NCBI GenBank assembly: GCA_963840205.1
Contig: CAWIXZ010000014.1
Span: 3,039-67,038 of the forward strand
Origin: an uncultured Chloroflexia bacterium
Lineage (GTDB): Bacteria > Chloroflexota > Limnocylindria > QHBO01
Reading direction: 5' to 3'
Length of the DNA: 64,000 nucleotides
Shown: positions 25,544-35,622 of the stretch, piece by piece
Position numbering within the stretch: the stretch's first letter is position 1
How the letters are laid out: every line of letters begins with the position of its first letter
The notes under the pieces: generated by a model
Databases searched by the model: none
Seen by the model: only the letters and a program-made list of their open reading frames with translations
What the model was told of the DNA's origin: nothing
Program-made: the position numbers and the translations under genes

Positions 25544-27843
25544 TTCGGGGCCGCGGCGGGGGTGGTCGCCCTCGTGGTCTCCTGGCGGCGGTCGTGGCGG
25601 CGCTTGCCGACCGCCGCCACGGCGGCGGCGACGATCTGGTCGACCCCGACGAGCACAGCGGCGGTGGCCGGACCGAGGGGGACGAATGAATCGACGGCCC
25701 GAACCGACGCGATCTTGCGGCCGATGCGGCGCTCGCCGAGGTCCGCCACGATCGCATCGGCGACGCCGCCGCCCGTCGCGCGGCACTCGTCCACGACGAC
25801 GACGGTTCCGACGTCGGTGGCGTGCTTCCTGATGGCGTCGAACGGCAGTGGGTTGAGCCAGCGGAGGTCGAGGACTCGGGCGCGCAGGTTGTGCTCCTCC
25901 TCCAGCCGCCGAGCAGCCTGGAGGCTCAGGCGCAGGCCATTCGCGTAGCTCACGAGGAGCACGTCGGCACTCTCATCGGTCTGGCCGTACAGGCCGACCT
26001 CGCCGGGCAGCAGCGTCTCGGGGGGCGGCGGATAGTTGGTGAGCCATTCACCGTCGCCCTCGGCGTGGAGGTCCCGCTCGTGGTAGAGCGCGATCGGCTC
26101 GAGGAAGACCACGACCCGGCCATCCTCGGCGGCCATCGCGACCGCGCCGCGCAGCATCCTGGCCGCGTCGTCGCCTCGCGCCGGCGCCGCGATCACGAGG
26201 CCCGGGATGTCGCGCAGGGCCCCGATGCTGTTGTCGTTGTGGAAATGGCCGCCGAAGCCCTTCTGGTAGGCGAGGCCCGGCACGCGCACCACCATGGGGT
26301 TGCGGAACTGCCCCGAGCTGAAGAACTGGAGCGACGCCGCCTCGCCCCGGATCTGGTCGAGCGCGTTGTGGATGTAGGCGAGGTACTGGATCTCCGGGAT
26401 CGGCAGGAGGCCGATGTGCGCCGCTCCCTGGGCCATGCCGAGGATGCTGGTCTCGTCCAGCAGCGTGTCGAAGACGCGCGCCGGCCCGAAGCGCCGCTGG
26501 AGGCCGTTCGTCACGCCGTAGACGCCGCCCTTGCGGCCCACGTCCTCGCCGAAGGCGAGCAGCTCGGGCCTTCGCAGCAGCTCGTCGGACAGCGCCGCGT
26601 TCAGGCATCCCGCGAGGGTGCGCGCGGTTGGGAGGGTCGCGTCCTCCGGCAGCGTCTCCCCGAACGACGCGCTGCGCTCCTCCGGCGATGAGAGCGGGGT
26701 TCGAGCGCGTTCCGCGACCCGGTCGGGGTGCGAGGGCGCCATCGGACCGATGACGTCGGCGGTGGTGGACAGGCGCGGTCGTCGCGCCGCCTCCTCCCCG
26801 ATCGCGAGGACCCGGGCGCGCGTCTCGCGGATGAGGTCCCGGAGCTCGTCGGGCGTCGCGGCGCCCGTCTCGATCAGGCGCCGCGCATTGCGCAGGAGGG
26901 GATCGCGCGTCTCCACGGCCTCGATGTCGGGGATGCTGCGGTAGGCGTGCTCCGCGTCGCTGCCGGCGTGGCCCCACAGGCGGACGGTGCGGATGTGGAG
27001 GAAGGCCGGCTGCCGCGTGACCCGCACGTGGTCGACGGCGGTGCCGACCGCGCTCCACACGTCGTCGATTTCGCCGTCCGCCTCGACGTAGCGCAGGTGC
27101 GGCTGCTCGCCGAACGACTGGGCGATCCAGCCTTCCGGCGTCGGGACGCTGATCCCGGTGCCGTTGTCCTCGCACACGAGGAGGAGCGGCATCGCCTGGC
27201 CGAGTCGCACCGCGTACCGGGCCGCATTGATCGCGGAGAGCGCCGTCGCGTGGTTGGCGCTCGCGTCTCCGAACGAGCACACCACGATCGCGTCGTCGGG
27301 CAGGCCGCTGTCGACGTTGAGCCGCCGCGCGCGCGCGAGGCTGAACGCGAGGCCCATGGCCTTCGGCAGGTGGCTGGCGATCGTGCTCGTCTGTGGCGGG
27401 ACCCAGAGCGCCCGGCTGCCCCACACCTTGTGCCTGCCCTGGGCGATTGGATCGTCGCTGGAGGCGACGACCCCGAGCAGCGTGTCGAGCGTCGCGGTGC
27501 TGCCGGCGAGGTGGCGGGCGCGCGCCATCATGAAGCCGCCGGATCGGTAGTGGAGGAAGGCCGGGTCGTCCAGCCGCGTCCGCGCTCCGACCACCGCGTT
27601 GTTCTCGTGGCCGGCGGAGCCGATCGTGTAGAAGCTGCGGTCGGTCGCCTTCAGCGCGCGAGCCACGACGTCCAGCTGGCGCGACACGAGCTGGTCCTCG
27701 AAGAGCGCACGCGCCTGCGCTGCGGTGAGGTCCGTTCCGTCGTGCAGCGGCGAGCGCGGCGCCAGCCGAGCGTCGGCCGGAGCGGCACCGGCGAGGTATG
27801 TGTCGAGCTGACGCTCGACGATGGCGACGCGATCCCAGGTCAT
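25540..27843 (-). CDS. TPP-dependent 2-oxoacid dehydrogenase E1 component, fused alpha/beta subunits
   Basis: Intact 767-aa ORF. The alpha half has the TPP motif GDASANHA..LLVCEDNG. The beta half is transketolase-like (FDTLLDETSILGMAQGAA, LRWLNPLP). Confidence 0.85.
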   Translation of the reverse strand: MTWDRVAIVERQLDTYLAGAAPADARLAPRSPLHDGTDLTAAQARALFEDQLVSRQLDVVARALKATDRSFYTIGSAGHENNAVVGARTRLDDPAFLHYRSGGFMMARARHLAGSTATLDTLLGVVASSDDPIAQGRHKVWGSRALWVPPQTSTIASHLPKAMGLAFSLARARRLNVDSGLPDDAIVVCSFGDASANHATALSAINAARYAVRLGQAMPLLLVCEDNGTGISVPTPEGWIAQSFGEQPHLRYVEADGEIDDVWSAVGTAVDHVRVTRQPAFLHIRTVRLWGHAGSDAEHAYRSIPDIEAVETRDPLLRNARRLIETGAATPDELRDLIRETRARVLAIGEEAARRPRLSTTADVIGPMAPSHPDRVAERARTPLSSPEERSASFGETLPEDATLPTARTLAGCLNAALSDELLRRPELLAFGEDVGRKGGVYGVTNGLQRRFGPARVFDTLLDETSILGMAQGAAHIGLLPIPEIQYLAYIHNALDQIRGEAASLQFFSSGQFRNPMVVRVPGLAYQKGFGGHFHNDNSIGALRDIPGLVIAAPARGDDAARMLRGAVAMAAEDGRVVVFLEPIALYHERDLHAEGDGEWLTNYPPPPETLLPGEVGLYGQTDESADVLLVSYANGLRLSLQAARRLEEEHNLRARVLDLRWLNPLPFDAIRKHATDVGTVVVVDECRATGGGVADAIVADLGERRIGRKIASVRAVDSFVPLGPATAAVLVGVDQIVAAAVAAVGKRRHDRRQETTRATTPAAAPK

Positions 27844-28165
27844 ACGGCGGTCAGCTCGGGTGGTTTGGCTCCAGGGGCCACCCCATGATACCGCCGCCGA
27901 TTGCCGGGACGAGCGTTACTTTTGTCAGACGGGGAAGTTGCCTCCGCCCGTCCCGGCCGCCACCGCCGCCGCCAGCGCGATCTGCGCGAGGAGGGCGATG
28001 AGCGGCGACCACAGCAGGGCGCGGGGCCTCGCGAATCGAGCCACGAGCGTGTCTCCGAGCGCGCCGGCGTGGCGCGGGCGGGTGCCGTTGCCAGGGTCCG
28101 GAGCTGCCGGAGATGGGACGCCGCCGGCGGTTACCGGCGGCTTACCGCTGGCTTACTGAGGCGGC

Positions 28166-28999
28166 TCAGCCCCCGACCGAGATGAGGACCACGGCCGCAA
28201 CGGCGAGACCGACGCCCAGCAGCCCGAGTGGCGAGAGGCGCTCCCCGAGGATGAACCGCGCCAGCAGCATCGTGACGATGGGGTACAGGCCGCTGAGCGC
28301 CGCCGCCAGGCCGACCGCCATCTCGCCCCGCGCGGCGAGGTAGAGCACGTTTCCCCCGACGTCCATGATCCCGGACGCGAGCACCAGGCGCAGCGGGAAC
28401 CGTTCGCGGTCGAAGCGGCGCACCGCGGCGAGCGCCATCGCCCCGGCGGACGCGATCCGGCTGAGGACGAGCGTCCAGAGCGGGTCGCTCACCTGCGCCG
28501 TCAGGTCCAGCAGCACGTACCAGGTCCCGAAGCCCAGGGCCGCCACGCCGCTGAGCACCAGCGCCCGGCGGCCGAGGTCGCCCCGCGACGCGCCGCTAGC
28601 TGCGACGCCGGCAGCGGCCACGGCACCGATGCCGACCAGCTGGAGTGGTGCGATGCGCACGCCGGTGAGGGCGCCGACCACGAGCGGGATCGTGAGCGAC
28701 CCGGCACCGCTGAGCGCCGCCACGAGCCCCATGCTGCCGATCGCCATCCCGCCGAAGAGGCCGGCGAGGCCGATGGCCCCGGCGGTGCCGGCCAGCAGTC
28801 CAAGCGCGATCCCGTCGACGCCGGGCGCGTCGGGGCGGACGGCGAGGAGCGCGGCGAGCAGCACCACGAGGCCGACCAGCTGGCTGCCGGCGACCATGAC
28901 GAGAACGCCCGCCCGCCGTGCGGCGATCGCACCCACGAAGTCGCCGACGCCGAACGCGAGCGCCGAGAGCAGGCCATAGGCGAGTCCGGCAGGCGGCAA
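28166..28999 (-). CDS. EamA/DMT-superfamily transporter
   Basis: A 277-aa, ~10-TM, Gly/Ala/Leu-rich protein with a duplicated EamA-like profile. Confidence 0.8.
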   Translation of the reverse strand: MPPAGLAYGLLSALAFGVGDFVGAIAARRAGVLVMVAGSQLVGLVVLLAALLAVRPDAPGVDGIALGLLAGTAGAIGLAGLFGGMAIGSMGLVAALSGAGSLTIPLVVGALTGVRIAPLQLVGIGAVAAAGVAASGASRGDLGRRALVLSGVAALGFGTWYVLLDLTAQVSDPLWTLVLSRIASAGAMALAAVRRFDRERFPLRLVLASGIMDVGGNVLYLAARGEMAVGLAAALSGLYPIVTMLLARFILGERLSPLGLLGVGLAVAAVVLISVGG

Positions 29000-29215
29000 C
29001 GGCTCGGATTCCTCCCACTTTGCTGAGCCGCGCGCTGAGCGGAGGCTGACCCACCGTCACGCCGGCGCGAGGGGCTGACTCTAGCGCAGCGGCGGCCGGC
29101 GGTCGGGTGCGAGCGTGGCCCGATCGGGTGATGGTCCCATGACCCCCGGCGGGCGTACCCTCACCCGAGTGTCCGGCTCATCGGGCGCGCCGGATCGAAT
29201 GGGGAGAGGAACTCA

Positions 29216-30982
29216 GTGATCGCAACACCGTCGCCCGGCCAGGGGCACGTCACGACCGCGGGGGCCCCCGGCGCCCGGGTCTGGCGCACGACCGTCATCG
29301 GCCTCGTCGCGCTTCTTGCAGTCGCCATCGGTGCCGCGGTCGGCGCGTTTCTCCTGGGCGGCCGCGGCGGCGGAATGGGTGCCGGCGCATCCTACGTCCC
29401 GGCCGACGCCCCACTGTACGTCGAGCTCAGGCTCCAGCCATCCGCCGCGCAGGACGCGGCCATTCGCGAGCTGCTCTCCAGGTTCCCACCCATCGACGGC
29501 GTCGACCTCGACCGCCCGCTGATCGAGAGCCTGACCGCGCATCTCGACGAGGTCCTCGCGGCCGAGGGCGTCACGGTGTCGTGGGGTGAGGACGTCGCGC
29601 CCTGGTTCGACGGGCGAATCGGCTTCGCGCTCACCAGCGGCTCGTTCGCGGTGCCCACGACGACGGATCCGACCGCCATGCCGGCGGCGCCGCCGATGCT
29701 CGTGATGCTCGGAGTGACCGATCCCGACGCGGCCTCCGCGGCAATCGAGCGCATGCTCGCCGAGGCGAACGCGCCGGCGTTTGCGGCGTGGCGAGCACGC
29801 CGGCGTCATGGTGTTCGAGGGGGTCGACGACCTCGGTGCCTACGCGGTGACGGCGGACCAGCTCCTGTACGCCCCGAGCGCCGATGACATCCGCGCCGCG
29901 CTGGACGCGCACACGTCCGGTGAGACCCTCGCGGGATCCGGTGACATGGCGCGATACGCGTCCCGCCTGCCCGGCGGACTGGATCATGTTCGGCACCTAC
30001 GACTTCAGCAGCGTGATGGCGGACGCGCTCGCGCAGATGGGCACCCAGTCACCCGAGATGGTGGACGCCTTCGAGGCGCTCGTGGAGGGCCAGCCGATGC
30101 GCGCCGCCTACGCCGTGTCCGCAACGGCCGACGGGATCGCCATGGACGTGCTCTCCGACGCGCCGACCGGGGCGCTCGCTCCGGTGAACGGCGACCGTGG
30201 CCTCGCCGACGAGGTCCCAGGCGACGTCGTCTACTTCGCCGACGGCGGCAACGTCGGGGCGGCGCTCGCCACCCTGGTCGAGTCGTTCAAGGCCGGCCTC
30301 GCCGCGGACCCCGCCATGGCCGAGCAGATCGCCACGGCAGAGTCCGCACTCGGCGCCGACCTCGAGGAGCTCGTGAGCTGGATCGGCGACGGCGCGATCG
30401 TCGTCGGGTGGGACGATGCCATGCCCAACGCCGGACTCCTGCTGGTGCCGACGGACATGGCCGAAGCGAGGCGCAGACTCGATCAGATCGGCTCGTTCGC
30501 CCGGCTCGCCGCGATGGATTCGACGTCGGGGATCAGCGTCGGCGAGCGCGACGTCGCCACGGGCTCGGGCCCGGTGGAGGTCACGACGATCAGCTGGCAG
30601 GTGCAGCTCCCCGACGCGGCCGGAGCCCTTCCCACCGCGCCGGTGCTCGTGCTCGAGTACGCGGTCACCGACGACCGGGCCCTCATCGGCTTCGGCGATT
30701 CCTTCGTCGCCAGCCTTCTCGATCTGGGCGAGTCCGAGTCGCTTGCCGCCAATCCACGGTTCGCGGACACCGTCGAGACGCTCGGCGGCGCGTCGAACAT
30801 CGGCACGGTGTGGGTGGACTTCGACTTCCTCCAGCAGACCGTCGAGTCGCATGATTCCGGACACCGGCGGGTTCTACGAGGAGAGCGTCAGGCCGTGGGT
30901 CTCGCCCCTCGACAGGTTCGTCAGCGTCACGCGCCTGGAAGGCGCCGAGCTGGAGACGCACGCGCTGCTCGTCGTCGAGTGA
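29216..30982 (+). pseudogene. membrane-anchored large hypothetical protein (DUF3352-like), three frame changes as given
   Basis: The TM anchor VIGLVALLAVAIGAAVGAFLL is followed by ~560 aa in four collinear pieces (frames 2,0,1,2). The junctions lie near 29780-29792, 29973-29977 and 30848-30851. The family name is from memory only. Confidence 0.55.
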
Positions 30983-31305
30983 CGCGGCTGCCCGACCCGC
31001 TCGCCGAGCTCCCTGGCGGACCCGGCGGCGAGGCCGGAGTCGCCGCGGCAGAGGCACGCCTGCGCGTCGCGGGCGTCGAGCCGATGGCCTGGAGCAACGG
31101 CCCGGGCGACCGCTACGCGGCGCACGAGCACGGCTACACCAAGCTCCTCGTCTGCGCCGAGGGATCGATCACGTTCCACATCGGGGCCGACGCCACCCCG
31201 CTGGAGCTCAGGGCGGGGGAGGGGTTCGTCCTGCCGCCGCGGACGCTTCATGCGGCGGTCGTGGGCCCGGACGGCTGCACGTGCCTCGAGGGCCATCGGC
31301 CCTGA
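30979..31305 (+). CDS. cupin-domain protein
   Basis: The GTG overlaps the preceding stop (GTGA). HEHGYTKLLVCAEGSITFHIG..GEGFVLPPRTLHAAV is a two-motif cupin pattern. Confidence 0.6.
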   Translation: MTRLPDPLAELPGGPGGEAGVAAAEARLRVAGVEPMAWSNGPGDRYAAHEHGYTKLLVCAEGSITFHIGADATPLELRAGEGFVLPPRTLHAAVVGPDGCTCLEGHRP

Positions 31306-31307
31306 GG

Positions 31308-32234
31308 TCAGGCCCGCCGATCGAGCAGCAGGTCGCGACGATCGCCCCAGTGCTTGAGGAACCGATAGAAGTTCCGCTTGCTGAGCCGATCGCGTTCCGC
31401 CTCGGGCAGTGAGGCATACCCCCGGTGCTCGTGGCGCACGAGCGGCAGGGCGTCGGTCCGCACGGCGCGCCAGCCCGCGTCGCGGACCGCGAAGCTCAGG
31501 TCAAGGTCGGCGTTGCGGTAGAACCTGAAGCGTGGGTCGAAGCCGCCGACCGCCTGGAGCGCCGCGCGGCGGATCGCGAGGCAGTAGCCCTCGATTGCGT
31601 CGACCTCGCCCGGCGGCGCCTCCTCGAACGACCGGCCGTCGGCGCTCTTCACGCCCCATCCGCCCGCGATCCCGACGGTCGGGTCCTCGAAGGCTGCGAT
31701 GAGCGGCGTCACGAAGTCGCCGGCTGGCTCGAGGGACGTGTCCATCAGGACCGTGATCTCCCCCGAGGAGCGGCGAAGGCCGAGGGTGCGGGCATCCGCC
31801 CAGCCGAGCCGGGGCTCGGCGCGCAGCAGGACCGGCTCCACAGACAGCCCGGTGCCCGCGAGCAGCGCCTCCGCGTCGAACGACGGCGAGTTGGCCACCA
31901 CGACGAGCTCCCACTCGAGCGCCGGCGGGTGTGCCGCCAGCCCGCGCGCGAATCGTTCGAGGTCGGCCGGGTGATCCTCGGCAGCGACCTGGATCGAGGC
32001 GACGACGGTCGGGGGCTCCTCCAGCAGCGATGCCTGCCCTCGGGGATCCGCGGCGGTCACGGGCGGCAGCATCGGCCTGGCGGTGGACCCCGAGTTGCCG
32101 TCCTCGACCTGCCATCCCAGCTCTGCCAGTTGCTCGCGCAGCGCATCGGCCTCCGGCCAGTCGCGACGGTCTCGTGCATCGCCCCGCTGCTGGAGCAGCC
32201 TGCGCACGTCTGGGGGGATCGAGCGGTTGGACAT
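31308..32234 (-). CDS. family-2 glycosyltransferase with CysRS-tail-like N-terminal segment
   Basis: GT-A hints are ELVVVANSPS, VLMDTSLEP, GGWG and CLAIRR. The N-terminal VRRLLQQRGDARDRRDWPEADALREQLAELGWQVEDGNSGS resembles the extreme C-terminus of canonical CysRS. Confidence 0.75.
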   Translation of the reverse strand: MSNRSIPPDVRRLLQQRGDARDRRDWPEADALREQLAELGWQVEDGNSGSTARPMLPPVTAADPRGQASLLEEPPTVVASIQVAAEDHPADLERFARGLAAHPPALEWELVVVANSPSFDAEALLAGTGLSVEPVLLRAEPRLGWADARTLGLRRSSGEITVLMDTSLEPAGDFVTPLIAAFEDPTVGIAGGWGVKSADGRSFEEAPPGEVDAIEGYCLAIRRAALQAVGGFDPRFRFYRNADLDLSFAVRDAGWRAVRTDALPLVRHEHRGYASLPEAERDRLSKRNFYRFLKHWGDRRDLLLDRRA

Positions 32235-32383
32235 CGGTTTGTCGTACTCCCAAGGGCACCCAGAAGTACCGGTAGGGCGGAGGGCACCCCAACCTTACTA
32301 TCCGATCACGAGTCGCACCCACCGCACCGCTCGGTGCAGCAGGAGCGACCCGGTGTGCCCACACACGAGGATTCACGAAACCG

Positions 32384-32569
32384 ATGATGACGAACGAGGT
32401 AGGAAAGCTGATGACGGCCGCCGAGGTCGCCGAGCTGCTTCACCTGCACGTCAACACCGTCAAGCGGCTGGGAGATCGGGGCGAGCTGCCCTTCTTCCGC
32501 GTATGCAAGCGCGGCGATCGCCGATTCCGCTACGACGACGTCCTGGAATTCCTGCGCCGGAGCAAGTAG
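32384..32569 (+). CDS. small Xis/MerR-like HTH DNA-binding protein (BldC-like)
   Basis: LMTAAEVAELLHLHVNTVKRLGDRGELPFFRV..GDRRFRYDDVLEFL fits the excisionase-type HTH pattern. An alternative start is ATG 32411. Confidence 0.65.
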   Translation: MMTNEVGKLMTAAEVAELLHLHVNTVKRLGDRGELPFFRVCKRGDRRFRYDDVLEFLRRSK

Positions 32570-32630
32570 CGCTCCGAATGTCCACTCCGGCCCCATAGGC
32601 CGGGCAGGCCTCCTGCAAGGGGGGCCGACG

Positions 32631-33869
32631 ATGACCGCCGAGGTGCCACCCTCTCGGCGGTCGTTCGTTGTCCGGCTCGGAAGGCCGCATAATCGCCTCG
32701 CCGTGAGCGACGAACCTACGCTGCGCCTTGCCGAGGGGCGACGACTCCTCGACGCGGGCGACCCCGATGCCGCGCTCCGAATCCTCGCCCCGCTGACCGG
32801 CCATCCCAATGCCGACCTCGCCGGGGAGGCCTGGCTGCTCATCGGCGCGGCCCGCTATCGCACCGACGACGAGGAGGGCGCGCGCGCGGCCTGGAAGGCG
32901 GCGGGCCGTGACGGCTCGAGCGCATGGCTGGGCTGGCGCAGCCTCGCCGAGCAGCAGGTGCGTGATGGCGAGCTCGATGCCGCCGTGGACTCGTATCGGG
33001 AGGCCGATCGCCGCGCCCCCGCGGCGGAACGCGGCGCGATCGCCAATCGGATCGCCTGGCTCCTCAAGGAGACGGGGCACGACTTCGCCGCCCGCCGCCA
33101 GTTCAACCGGGCGCGCGGCGCCTACGCCACCAGCACTCCGGTCGTGACCATGGCGATCATCGCCATCTGCGTGGTCCTGTTCGCGATCGACGCCGCGCTG
33201 AGCGGCGGCGCGACCCTGGGCGGTGGGATGTTCGGCGGGAACGTGGGGCCGCTCGGCGCCGCCAACCTCATCAACGCCGGAGAGGTCGCACGCGGCGAGT
33301 GGTGGCGCATCATCACGAGCGCGTTCTTCCACCTGGGTCCCATTCACCTCGCCTTCAACATGTACGTCCTGTACCTCTACGGACAGCTCGTCGAGCGCAT
33401 GTACGGACCGTTCGAGTACGCGGCCATCTACCTCCTCTGTGCGGCCGGCGGCAGCGTCCTCACCATCCTCGTCGACCCGACCCAGTTCGCGGCCGGCGCG
33501 TCTGGCGCGATCTTCGGCCTCGTCGGCATGCTCTTCGTGGTCTCGCGCCGCCACCACGCCGTGCTCGGCCGCGAGGCGCGCACCATGGTCGCCGGCATCG
33601 GCAGCTACCTCGTCTTCCTGCTGCTCTTCACGTTCCTGGTCCCGGGGATCAGCTGGACCGGACACCTGGGCGGGCTCGTGGTGGGTGCGTTGCTTGGCCT
33701 GCTCCTCCCACCCACCGGCGTTGCGACGCTCGCCGGTCTGTGGAGAACCCCATCCGGCGAGCAACTTGCACGGCCGATGCCCGTGGCGCTCCGCGCCTCC
33801 GTCTATGCCGGTGTGGCGGCAGTGCTCGTCATCGGCTCCTATGTTGCAATTGGGAGGTTGGTTGGCTGA
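32631..33869 (+). CDS. rhomboid-family intramembrane serine protease with N-terminal TPR-like region
   Basis: HLAFNM, GASGAIFGLVG (catalytic Ser) and GHLGGLVVG (His) lie in a 6-7-TM core. Confidence 0.85.
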   Translation: MTAEVPPSRRSFVVRLGRPHNRLAVSDEPTLRLAEGRRLLDAGDPDAALRILAPLTGHPNADLAGEAWLLIGAARYRTDDEEGARAAWKAAGRDGSSAWLGWRSLAEQQVRDGELDAAVDSYREADRRAPAAERGAIANRIAWLLKETGHDFAARRQFNRARGAYATSTPVVTMAIIAICVVLFAIDAALSGGATLGGGMFGGNVGPLGAANLINAGEVARGEWWRIITSAFFHLGPIHLAFNMYVLYLYGQLVERMYGPFEYAAIYLLCAAGGSVLTILVDPTQFAAGASGAIFGLVGMLFVVSRRHHAVLGREARTMVAGIGSYLVFLLLFTFLVPGISWTGHLGGLVVGALLGLLLPPTGVATLAGLWRTPSGEQLARPMPVALRASVYAGVAAVLVIGSYVAIGRLVG

Positions 33870-34633
33870 TGTGCTTCGATGCGGACGCCCGACCGCCGCT
33901 GCCGCCGATCCGCGGCTCGGCGCTGGACGCGGGAGACCTGACACTCACCAGCGCGGATGGCGCGCGGGTGGCCGCATATGCGGCGCGCGCGGAGCAGCCC
34001 TCCGGTGCCGGCGTCCTCATCCTCCCCGACGTCCGCGGCCTGCATCCCTACTTCGAGGAGCTCGCGCTGCGCTTCGCGGAGACGGGTGTCCACGCCGTGG
34101 CGATCGACCCGTACTCGCGGACGGCGGGCACCTCCAAGCGTCCCGATGGCTTCGAGTACGAGCCGCACGTCCTTCAGCTGCGGTACGAGGCGGTGCGCGC
34201 CGACGTGGCGGCCGCGGTCGACTACCTTCGCGGCCCGGAGGGCGGTAGCGCGGAACGGCTCTACACCGTCGGGTTCTGCCTCGGCGGCCGCATCAGCCTG
34301 CTCGAGGCGGCAGGCGACGCCGGGCTGGCCGGGGCGATCGGCTTCTATCCCTGGCCGGTCGGCCCTCACCGGAGCACGCTTCCGGCGCCGGCGGACGAGG
34401 CCTCGCGGTTCCGATGTCCCGTGCTGGTGATCTACGGCGGGCAGGACGCGGGGATCCCCGCCGAGGCGCGCGAGGCGTTCGACGCGGCGCTGGATGCCGC
34501 GGGAGCCGAGCACCGCACGGTCGTCTACCAGAACGCGCCGCACTCGTTCTTCGATCGCAAGGCCACCGACTACGCCGAGGAGAGCGCCGACTCGTGGCGC
34601 CAGGTGCTCGACTTCATGGGCCTGCGGCCCTAG
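33869..34633 (+). CDS. dienelactone hydrolase-family protein
   Basis: The ATG overlaps the rhomboid stop (TGATG). Motifs are VGFCLGGRISL (nucleophile elbow), YGGQDAGIP and APHSFF. Confidence 0.8.
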   Translation: MCFDADARPPLPPIRGSALDAGDLTLTSADGARVAAYAARAEQPSGAGVLILPDVRGLHPYFEELALRFAETGVHAVAIDPYSRTAGTSKRPDGFEYEPHVLQLRYEAVRADVAAAVDYLRGPEGGSAERLYTVGFCLGGRISLLEAAGDAGLAGAIGFYPWPVGPHRSTLPAPADEASRFRCPVLVIYGGQDAGIPAEAREAFDAALDAAGAEHRTVVYQNAPHSFFDRKATDYAEESADSWRQVLDFMGLRP

Positions 34634-34642
34634 CCCGCGGGT

Positions 34643-35525
34643 TCAGGCGCCGGCGACGCGCTGCTCGGGAGCCCTCGTGGCGCTCGGCGGCCCGACGGGG
34701 CGCAGGTAGAGGGGAAGCACGACCGCCACGTACGCGACCCACGTGATGAGCGTTGCCCACTCCGGTGTAGACGAGTAGCCGAAGATCGCGCGCAGGATCG
34801 AGCCCACGACACCCGCCGGCCCCGCAGCCGGGTCGTGCGGCAGCACGCCGCTGATGTCGAAGGCCTGTGCCGGTGCCGAACGTGATGACGCCTGCCTCCA
34901 CGAACTCGTGGACCGCGTAGCTCAGCAGGCCCGCCGCGATGAAGATGAGTGCCACCCCGGTCCAGCTGAAGAAGGTGCGCAGGTTGATGACGCGCGCGCC
35001 GCGGTAGAGCGCGTAGCCGATGACCGCCGCGATCGCGAGGCCGATGAGCGCCCCGACCAACGTGCTCGTCGCCTGCGTGCCGGCGGCGGTGGCCTGCCCG
35101 AGCAGGAACAGGGCAGTCTCGATGCCCTCGCGGATCACTGCGGTGAACGCGAGCAGCGTGAGGCCGAAGATGCTGCCCTCGGTGAGGGATCGGTCGACGC
35201 GCGCGTGCAGCTGGCCCTTGATGTTGGCCGCCGTGCGGCGCATCCAGAACAGCATCCAGGTCACGACGGCCGCCGCAATCGTCATGGCCACGCCCTCGAA
35301 GATCTGCTCGGAGGCGCCCTCGAAGCCGCCGATGGTCACGAAGAGCGTCACGCCCACGGCGATGCTCACGGCGATCGCGAGCGCGGTGCCCAGCCAGATC
35401 CGGCTCGCGTGCCTGGCGTTGCCGGTCTTCACGAGGTAGGCGAGCACGATGCTGACGATGAGCGCCGCCTCGACGCCCTCGCGGAGGCCGGTCAGGAGGC
35501 CGGTGAGCAGGAAGCCGAGGTCCAC
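34643..35525 (-). pseudogene. FTR1/EfeU-family iron permease, frame-shifted near the C-terminus as given
   Basis: Two REGxE motifs (REGVEAAL, REGIETAL) are present. The last ~65 aa (ORF 34643..34846) are out of frame, with the junction near 34860-34864. Confidence 0.8.
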
Positions 35526-35622
35526 GGGCGAGTCGTCTCTCGAGTACGGGGTGGGGAGCGCTTGTAAGGCTACCCTTACCTCAGGCCTCGGTCAAACCGA
35601 AGCAGGGTGACGATCGGGATGC

